In this document: one piece after another, positions 55,869 through 64,000 of the stretch
How positions within the stretch are numbered: the first letter of the stretch is position 1
Layout of the letters: each line of letters starts with the position of its first letter
Notes under the pieces: generated by a model
Told to the model about the DNA's origin: nothing
What the model saw: the letters and a program-made list of their open reading frames with translations, nothing else
Databases searched by the model: none
Source of the DNA: Eledone cirrhosa
Lineage: Eukaryota
DNA length: 64,000 bases
Direction: 5' to 3'
Assembly: GCA_964016885.1 (NCBI GenBank)
Contig: OZ024741.1
Span: forward strand, 353,834,001 to 353,898,000
Translations under genes and position numbers: made by a program

Positions 55869-56106
55869 GAAAACACAGGTAAGCATTAAGAGAAGGATTT
55901 TATCCAGGTATTTACTACCGTTTCATTGGTAAGTGCAACCTTATATTGCTATATTGCAAATAGCAGCCACTCAATTATAATTGTTGTTCACAGTCCAAAT
56001 TTTCAAAATAGTGAGTAAGTTATTCTTGAAATAGTTCTTAATATAAAACTAGAAAAACTACAGGCTCCTTATCGGTCGAGCAACCACCTAAACATACGGT
56101 ACTACT

Positions 56107-58640
56107 ATGGAAAAGCATTACATAGGTGTGTCCCTAAAGAACATTCCTATACCTCTGAGAAAGGATTATACCCTCGGGATGATACAGCGAACAAACGACT
56201 TTATACGCAGAGTTAGATGGAAAACTTTCCATTTCGACAAAGGACGTAATGGTCGCACCGTGGAATACAACAAGGAAACATACGGCTTCAAATCGTGTAA
56301 GAACCCACCTACCAACCCTCAACTGGATGCCTTTGAACAGGACTTACTGAAGATGATTATTAATATCAAATTCAAAAATCGGAGGAATTATAAACTCCAG
56401 AATGACATAAATACATTCCTAAAAAAGCTGCGAACCACCGATGGAATTATTGTCAAAGCGGACAAACCTCAAATGTGTATACGATGGATGTTAATACATG
56501 CAATAGCTTCATACGGAAGGAATTACATAGGAAATACAAAAAAACTAATGAGGCGGCACTGATAAACATCAACAACGAGGCACACAATATAGTCAAACAT
56601 CTAGGAATAGACGACAGAACGGAGCCACTTAGGCCATGTACCCCCACATTTAACCTCAAAGACCACAAGGTAAATTTTGATCATAACCCCACAATTAGAC
56701 TTATATGTCCGGCCAAATCGGACATCGGGAAATTTAGTAAACATATATTAGACAAAGTGATAGCACAAATGAAGAATAAACTAGTGATTAAACTATGCGG
56801 TAACGCTACCGAAACAATTAAGTGGTTTAATAATATAGCTAACAAAAAAGTATCTAAATTTGTACAATTTGACATTAACGACTATTACTCCTCTATATCC
56901 CCCAACACCTTGGATAAAGCCTTAGCATTCGCCAAAGCCAATTCTGACCTAACAGACGACGAGATAAAAATCATATTAGGTGCTAGGAAAACAATAATTA
57001 AATTTGAAAACGCCTATTGGGAGCGTAAGGATAGATTAAATAACTTTGACATCACGATGGGGGCTAACAACTCGGCTCAAGTCACAGATTTAGTAGGTAT
57101 TTACATAGCCCATAGTTTACAAAGTGAGTTTAGCGACCTTCACGGTGGAATCTACAGAGACGACGCCCTTCTCCTAGTTAAGAACCTAAATAACCAGAGC
57201 ATAGAAAGACTCCGTAAGAATATTAGAAAGACTCTCGGGAAACTAGGCCTTAGCATAAAATATGAGTATAGCACTAAAACAGTTAACTTTCTAGACGCAA
57301 CGCTTAACCTAAATACGGGACTTATAAAACCTTTTCACAAGATTAATGAAAACTTAGCATACATCAACTGTAACTCAAACCACCCACTATCCATAATTAA
57401 ATCCATTCCACGCAGCATATCCCTTAGAATCTCCCGCCTCTCGTCTAACCGACAAATCTTCGAAGAACATGCAGAATACTACAATACCGCATTAGACAAG
57501 GCGGGCCACTTAGATAGAGTAGAATATATAGATGAAAGCCTCCGTAAAGCGCACGCGAACACGCATAACACAAACTCCAGAAACACACGCACACACACAC
57601 TTACGCATAGAACTATGAAGTATACGGTAAATAGAAATACAACATCGAAATCAAACAAGTCACGCAGTAGAAAATATAGTTGGTATAACCCCATATTTAA
57701 CACCTCTATTAGTACTAACCTACCCTCTACCTTCTTTAGAATAATAAATAAACACTTTCCAGATTCACATAGATACAGCAAAATCCTTAACACTAAATCT
57801 ATTAGACTATCTTACTCCACGACACCAAATATAGAGGCACACATTAAGATACTTAACGCTAAAAAGATACATAACAACACCAGAACACAAATTTACAACA
57901 ATAACAATACAATCACCATTGAACACAACAGAATATCTAATACACAACCACCCACTAATAGGCAAACAAAACGTAACACACTTGTACAGGCATCGTAGCC
58001 CACCAATAATGCCAAAGTTGCCCATGACAAGAATTGTAACTGCCACCTACCTGAAACCTGTCCATTACATAATTGTTTCTACTTTAGGCACAGTGCATTA
58101 CTGGTACTTTATTTTATCAACCCCGTAAGGATGAAAGGCAAAGGCAAAGTCAACCTCGGCGGGATTTGAACTCAGATCGTAAAGGGACGTAACTATGCTG
58201 GAAAGCATGGCGTCCGACCCTCTACCGATACTGCCAATCCACCGCCCCTTTACATAATGAATGTATGCAGTCTAACCTGGTTTACCAATGCACAGTGGAA
58301 TCAGACAACCAGAAATGGTATTACATCGGAGCGACTGGGAATACATTTAAAGCCCGTTGGTATACACACCGTTACGCAATGAAACATTCCCAGCATCGTT
58401 ATGTAACTACCCTTGCAAACAAGACCTGGCAACTGAGGGAAAGTAACCATCAATACACCCTGAAGTGGAAAAAATTATAGAACGCGCCCCCATATCGGAG
58501 TGGTATGAGAAGCTGTCGATTATGCGACCTTGGGCTGTTCCACATCTTGAGTTCGAAGAATAAGTTACTCAACAATAAAATCGAAAGATCAATTTATTGT
58601 AACCATAGACTCAAAGAGAAGTTTTCACACTACAAGTGCA
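56107..58640 (+). pseudogene. PLE RT-GIY-YIG ORF with a frameshift (~56470), a stop (57996) and a SINE insertion
   Basis: ORF pieces 56107, 56475, 58265 and 58505 join into one protein. Confidence 0.88.
58074..58249 (-). mobile_element. Family-A SINE with a 9-bp TSD inside the PLE ORF
   Basis: ttacataat at 58065-58073 and 58250-58258. Removing the insert restores CPLHN-ECMQSNLVY. Confidence 0.92.
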
Positions 58641-60524
58641 CCCTTAACCTCTTACTACCAACTGACAAACTGCATATACTTAGACTTTATACCCTCTTGT
58701 TGTATCTAAACCCTTTTAATTACCCACAAAAATCAATACCTATACCCCCCCCCCCCTTCTCCTTCATTCCTCTTCTATTTCTTCGTGTTCTTCCTTCCTT
58801 CCCTCCCCTTCTCCTTCATTCCTCTTCTATTTCTTCGTTTTCTTCCTTCCTTCCCTCCCCTTTTTGGCTATCTTTTCTTTTCTTCTTTCTCCCCCTTCTT
58901 TGCTTTTATTTTTGTCATTATTATCTTTATCTTTATTTTTTTATATATATATATATTTATCTCTTTATATCTCTCCATCTCTATCCATTCCTCCCACTAT
59001 GATCAATTTAATTCTCTTTAACTCACTACATTCCACGACATGAAGTCTACATATCAAAACTGATCAAGGAATCCTTCTACCTCTACCCCTCCCTCCATCT
59101 CAGTTTGTCACTCTACTTCCTAACTCTCCCCCCTTCCTCTCTCTCTATACTATTCCGTTTGTCCCCTCACCTTTTTGAATCCTCTCTCTCTATACTAGTA
59201 AATACAATTCCAAATAAATGTTTTTCTCTATATATTAAGAACTATTTCAAGAATAACTTACTCACTATTTTGAAAATTTGGACTGTGAACAACAATTATA
59301 ATTGAGTGGCTGCTATTTGCAGTATAGCAATATAAGGTTGCACTTACCAATGAAACGGTCGTAAATACCTGGATAAAATCCTTCTCTTAATGCTTACCTG
59401 TGTTTTCTCTTTTATACTTTATACTCCAAGATTGAACGGAATTCTTACAAACTTGTGGAGTTACCCCTAACCGTACGTTGAAACCTTCCATGAAACTGGG
59501 TTTCTTAACCCCGAACTGGATCACAATAAGCAATTTTCTGCTTCCCTAACTATATATATATATATATGTCTCTAACTTAAGTACTGTTACACACACATAC
59601 ATACACACATGTCTCTAAGTACGTAAACACATGCACTGGCACATATACACATACAGATACACACGGTGGCAGTATAACTGTGAAAGAGAGAGAAAGAAAT
59701 AACGTTATGGATAGGAGGAGAGTTAAAATAAATAAAAGTTAAGGACGCTGTCTCTTTCCCTATCTGTAATCCCCCCTCTCTCTCACCCCCTCACTCTCTC
59801 TCTTTCTCTCTCTCACCCCTCTCTCTCACCCCCTCTCTGTCTCTCATACCTACAGAATGGACAACCAAAAAACAAATGGATTATTTCTTTCGATATTCAT
59901 TATAAAATAAGATAAATTGAATTTAAATGAATTCCTTGCTATTTTTGGAAAATTGAAAATATTGTCCATGTGCGATTTACGCCAAACTTGTTTTATTCAG
60001 AGTATTTTCTCATTATGCAATGTTTTGGCTATTTACGAAGTTTTGCGGGTTATGTTAATTTCGAGGTATTTTCCCAGTATGCACCGTTGTGGCTATTTAC
60101 GCGAATCTCGGGAACCCGGGGTCAGATTTTCGCGAAACTTGTTTTATTCAATTTGTATTCCCATTTCAGAGGCAACTTGCTTTCAAAGTATTTACCCATT
60201 ATGCCCCTTTTGGCTGTATTACATAACAGACAAGCAAGCAAGCACGCAAGATCAGAGTTTTAGTAGTATATAGATAGATTATTCTCCGTGTTGCTTCAAT
60301 ACCGATTTTGCTAAATTCTGTTCCTAACTCGTTCAAATGAAATGTTATCACTCTGATAACACAAATACATAGTATCGATTGGGCTACCTCAGATAAATCA
60401 TGTTGGGTTCCATTGATGATGTCGATATAGATTGATAGATACATGGTTGGATGGATGGATGGGTGGATTGATGGGTAGATGGATGGATGGGTAGATAGAT
60501 GGCGTGTTGGATAGATAGATAGAT

Positions 60525-63500
60525 TTCTTTATTTACCATAAAGGCATAAAAAGAAGGGACAAATACAAAGGGGGAGTTTACATATAATCGAGTAAAAAGG
60601 GTGTAACATGAAAATAATCGAAAATAACCTCAAAAGGGAGGGGACGTGATGGGGGTTGCACACACCCCCGAAAAAGTGTGCAATCCTTTGCCCGGGGAGC
60701 ACATGGAGAAGGTGCTCCCCTCTCCTTTACTTCTTTACCTACAGGATGGTATACAGAGAAGGCCCATTTACACGAGCCATTCTCGCCACTATCACCCACC
60801 TTTCATAAAACTGCCTGTGGCCAAGCACCTCTCTCTCCATTCTTATCCTTCTTCCGAAGTGATATCGGAAGAAGTAGACCAGACTATGGCCAGAGAGGAA
60901 GTTGCCTGACCTCAGACCTTTCAATCGTGTCCACCAAACAACCTCTTTCAACATGGCTATTACGCACAGAAAAACCGCCTTTGCTTCCTTTGTGAAGAGG
61001 GGAGGCGGTTTGATTGTCATCACGGACTCGGCGGTCAATTTAATCGGCGCCACCCGCGACAGCAGTTGTTCGGCGTAGCCCCACAGATCAGCCACGCCAG
61101 GACATTGCACCAATGCGTGCGCCACGGTTTCTTCGTGACGCACGCATCTAGGGCAAATCTTTTTTGAGGGATCCCTGCCCGGGCGCCCGTGTCTGTAGAG
61201 CCTCTCTCGAACGGGTAGAGCCCCTCGGTAGCACTGCCAGGCCAGTGACTTCTGGAAGTTGTCCATTGGTCCTGGGCCGAAAGTCCTACCGAACAGGCTG
61301 GCCAGTTCGTCTTCTTCCATGTCCAGCGACTCTCCAAGGGTGTCATCGCCCCTGCTAGCCACCAGCCCTCTATAGAATGATGAGGTGGATTCTCCACCGA
61401 TGGCCCGGCCCGCTTGCCAGAGAGCCCTGAGCGCCTGAGCACACTCAGTGTGCCAGTCTCCCAGTTTTCCGGATCTTTGCTTGACCCAGGACTGTAGCTC
61501 GGTGAGTGAGACGAGTCTCGGAAAGGCTCGTTTCACGAACGGAGCCCACACCGGTTGACCAGTGAGGAATACCTGTAGGTGCCGTAGCCTTAATGCGTGC
61601 CTACGCATCATCAACCACGGCATCCCCAGCCCTCCTTTCGAAGGTTGTTGGCAGCAGATGGATCTTCTCACCATAGGAGGACGCTTCTTCCAAAGAAATT
61701 GGAAGAGCATGCGTTCCATGGTGGTGAGTGTTTCCTTAGGGCAAGGCACGACAGTCAGGCGGTAGTAAGTGACGGACGCTATGTAAATGTTCGCCACCTC
61801 CGCCCGGCCTTTTAGGGACAGCTTACACTTGGCCCATTTCTGGGTTAGTGCAAACACCTTGTTCGTAACCTCGTTCCAGTTCTTTTCCACCTGGAGGTCC
61901 GGTCCAAACCAGACCCCAAGCAACTTTACCGGGCCCTCCGTCCAGTGTCCGACGACACCGTCAGGAGGCATCGGTTTGCCTCTCCACGTTCCGAGTTGCA
62001 GCCCGATGGATTTTTCCCGGTTCAGTTTCGCTCCTGACAACCTTTCGTACTCCTCCAGTAAGGTACCGATCGCCTCGATCTCCGAGTCGGTTGATACCAT
62101 TACTGTTACGTCATCGGCGTAGGCCGACACCGCTTTGCTCAATCCTGGTTCCAGGGGGATACCCTGCAACAACTCCAACTTCCTCAGTAAAGGCTCGAGA
62201 GTCAATACGTACAGAAGGGAGGAGAGAGGGCACCCCTGTCGAATGGATCGTGTGATTTCGAACGGCTTCGAAAGGTAGCCGTTCACCTTGATCCTAGAAC
62301 AGATGTGGTTGCTATGTAGGGCAGTGATCCAGCCTCTGAAAACAGGACCGAACCCAGCCGCCGCTAGCACCGCATCCAGGTAACCATGGTCGACCCTATC
62401 GAAGGCCTTAGACTGATCCAAGTTGATCAGGGCCCCACCGAAGCCGGGTTTGTTGCCAACCCTCTCTATGATGTATCGCATGAGGTGGAGGTTATCGTGA
62501 ATGGACCTGGATGGGATAGCACATGTCTGCGCATCTCCCACCAGGCCACCCACGACAAGCGCCAACCTCTTTGCTAACACCTTGGCCAAAATCTTTAACT
62601 CTGTGTTTAGCAGGGTTATGGGCCGAAAATTATTTATACTATCCCCCTTTTTCTCGTCCTTCCTCACCAGCGTGACTACGCCCTTGGCTACAGAACAAGG
62701 AATTCTCCCGTTCTGCTGCCAATTGCAGTAGACCGCTGCGAGGAGTTCGGAGAAGAAGACCGGCATTGCTAAATAAAGTTCGTAAGGTATACCATCGAGA
62801 CCTGGAGATTTGCGTCTGCTGCATTGGCTCAGCGCATCTCCGATCTCATCAGCCGAGATTGGTCCCTCGCAGGACTCTGCCTCTTTGTTCGAGAGACGCG
62901 GCAGGCCGTCGAGGTATGGACCGAAATCCACGCCCCGGCCCGGACCCTCGCCTCCCCCGAACAATCGGGCAAAGTGCTTTTGAAAGGCCTCGCACATCTG
63001 CTTAGGCTCCCGGATCACTCGTCCATCTTCGTCTTGCAACGACCGGATGGTGGATCGATTTCCACTTTTAGCTTCTGTCACGCGGGCCCATCCAACGGCT
63101 TTGGCCCCCTCATTACCTAGAGCACGTATTTTACTTCGAATGACGCAGCCTTCATGCTTTGCATCGAAAAACTGGTTCAAGGCCGTCCTCGATGCCAGCA
63201 CTCTGGCCACATCTTCGCTCTTGATTGCCTCTTCTAATTTACCTGTTAATTCTTTCTCGTTTCTATTCCTATTGGCAGCTAACATCTTGCTATAACTTAT
63301 TGATTCTGTTCTAATCTCTCTTTTGAGAGATGCCCACCATCGGTTGTTGACGATTGCACCCGTCAACCTCTCCTTAACTAATCTGCTAATCCGGTTTCTG
63401 TAAGTCTCTTTTGCCGGTAAAGACAAATTAAGTTTCCAGTAACCGGGACCCTGTCTATGTGTTTTCTCGAGATTGACCACGCAGGTCACTAATTTGTGAT

Positions 63501-63671
63501 CCGTGTAGCCAACCGTGCGCATTTCTGGACAGCTTAATATGTCCCTATCCTTACTTCTAACTAAGAATCTATCTAAGTACGATCTAGATTGACCACTGTG
63601 GTTTCTCCAAGTCCAGGTAGGCACAGTTGGAAAATCTAGTCGATATCTATCGACCAAGTTAAAACGGTCGA
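60525..63671 (-). mobile_element. 5'-truncated young Tx1-clade LINE, copy 3, with TSD
   Basis: ggcgtgttggatagatagatagat flanks both ends (60501-60524 and 63672-63695). Confidence 0.95.
60739..63657 (-). CDS. Open ORF2 remnant (APE C-terminus, RT, zinc knuckle), 972 aa, lacking its true start
   Basis: SYLDRFL, TDHK, KSPGLDG, FRPITLLN, DQSKAFDRV, RQGCPLS, YADD, CPRC..H...C. Confidence 0.9.
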   Translation of the reverse strand: MVDRYRLDFPTVPTWTWRNHSGQSRSYLDRFLVRSKDRDILSCPEMRTVGYTDHKLVTCVVNLEKTHRQGPGYWKLNLSLPAKETYRNRISRLVKERLTGAIVNNRWWASLKREIRTESISYSKMLAANRNRNEKELTGKLEEAIKSEDVARVLASRTALNQFFDAKHEGCVIRSKIRALGNEGAKAVGWARVTEAKSGNRSTIRSLQDEDGRVIREPKQMCEAFQKHFARLFGGGEGPGRGVDFGPYLDGLPRLSNKEAESCEGPISADEIGDALSQCSRRKSPGLDGIPYELYLAMPVFFSELLAAVYCNWQQNGRIPCSVAKGVVTLVRKDEKKGDSINNFRPITLLNTELKILAKVLAKRLALVVGGLVGDAQTCAIPSRSIHDNLHLMRYIIERVGNKPGFGGALINLDQSKAFDRVDHGYLDAVLAAAGFGPVFRGWITALHSNHICSRIKVNGYLSKPFEITRSIRQGCPLSSLLYVLTLEPLLRKLELLQGIPLEPGLSKAVSAYADDVTVMVSTDSEIEAIGTLLEEYERLSGAKLNREKSIGLQLGTWRGKPMPPDGVVGHWTEGPVKLLGVWFGPDLQVEKNWNEVTNKVFALTQKWAKCKLSLKGRAEVANIYIASVTYYRLTVVPCPKETLTTMERMLFQFLWKKRPPMVRRSICCQQPSKGGLGMPWLMMRRHALRLRHLQVFLTGQPVWAPFVKRAFPRLVSLTELQSWVKQRSGKLGDWHTECAQALRALWQAGRAIGGESTSSFYRGLVASRGDDTLGESLDMEEDELASLFGRTFGPGPMDNFQKSLAWQCYRGALPVRERLYRHGRPGRDPSKKICPRCVRHEETVAHALVQCPGVADLWGYAEQLLSRVAPIKLTAESVMTIKPPPLFTKEAKAVFLCVIAMLKEVVWWTRLKGLRSGNFLSGHSLVYFFRYHFGRRIRMEREVLGHRQFYERWVIVARMARVNGPSLYTIL

Positions 63672-63680
63672 GGCGTGTTG

Positions 63681-63748
<68 letters not shown>
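63681..63748. repeat. Perfect (GATA)17
   Basis: Seen directly. It forms the tail/target between Tx1 copies 3 and 4. Confidence 0.95.
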
Positions 63749-63749
<1 letters not shown>

Positions 63750-64000
63750 CTTTCTATTTATTTGCCACCAGGGCATAAAAGATTGGGACAAATACAAAGG
63801 GGGAAAGTTTACATACAATAAAACGAGTACAAAAATATAACAAACAAAATAAAACAATCGAAGTCCTCAATAGGGAGGGGTCGTTTTGGGGGTCGCACAC
63901 ACTCCCGAAAAAATGTGCAACCCTTCTCGTCGGGAGCACAAAGAGAGGGTGCTCCCTTCTTCTCCTATTCTTTCCACCTACAGGCTGATATAGAGAGAAG
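63749..64000 (-). mobile_element. 3' UTR and ORF2 end of Tx1 copy 4 (continues beyond the window)
   Basis: Matches 2615-2870. Confidence 0.9.

Larger units (their letters stand above)
55861..59550 (+). mobile_element. Near full-length Naiad-type Penelope-like element in (TA)n
   Basis: SLKNIPIP...FIRRVRWK...TYGFKS N-terminus, RT GIYRDD, CNC...CPL..EC, LVY...YIGATGNTFKARW..H, CxLC...CxH. 55861-56045 is the inverse of 59231-59415. Confidence 0.88.
49848..60274 (-). mobile_element. Formerly autonomous Helitron (10.4 kb including nested inserts)
   Basis: 5' A|TCTATATACTACT at 60274. 3' hairpin TGACCC-AAC-GGGTCA then CTAG|T at 49848. Rep-helicase inside. Confidence 0.92.

Noticed and set aside
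58000-59100. Selenocysteine/SECIS in the Naiad-type element
   Set aside because: All visible Cys codons are TGT/TGC. The ATGAA...AAAA...TGAT near 59040-59064 lacks a complementary helix.
59300-59370. Hammerhead in the Naiad pLTR (GAAACGGTCGTA)
   Set aside because: Only the 3' half is evident. No matching CUGANGA with stem I was found.
60646-63295. Plus-strand ORFs overlapping the Tx1 and Helitron coding regions
   Set aside because: These are antisense shadows of GC-richer coding sequence, with no recognisable motifs.

Overview
AT-rich, microsatellite- and transposon-dense animal genomic DNA. The SINE families, 5S sequence and repeat landscape suggest an octopus or other coleoid cephalopod (inference). 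No intact host gene is present. (1) A decayed, intron-split minus-strand pseudogene of an SLC9C/sNHE-type Na+/H+ exchanger (exchanger, voltage-sensor and cyclic-nucleotide-binding domains), read by hand as collinear exon remnants over about 13-36 kb and mostly missed by the ORF track. (2) Head-to-tail Tx1-clade LINEs sitting in (GATA)n microsatellites at both window ends; one has a clear target-site duplication and a 972-aa open ORF2. (3) A formerly autonomous Helitron apparently inserted 4 bp into the 5' end of a non-autonomous relative; it carries a Naiad-type Penelope element, which is in turn hit by a SINE. (4) Several unrelated Penelope pLTR/retrozyme-like repeats with hammerhead ribozyme folds, including palindromic stem-III covariation, U3-A8 core variants and fold-back palindromes centred on stem II. 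(5) A 5S rRNA copy fused to a headless SINE. Also present: RTE fragments, (ATGT)n-tailed non-autonomous elements, mariner remnants and many tRNA-SINEs. Family assignments rest on recognised motifs; no searches were run.
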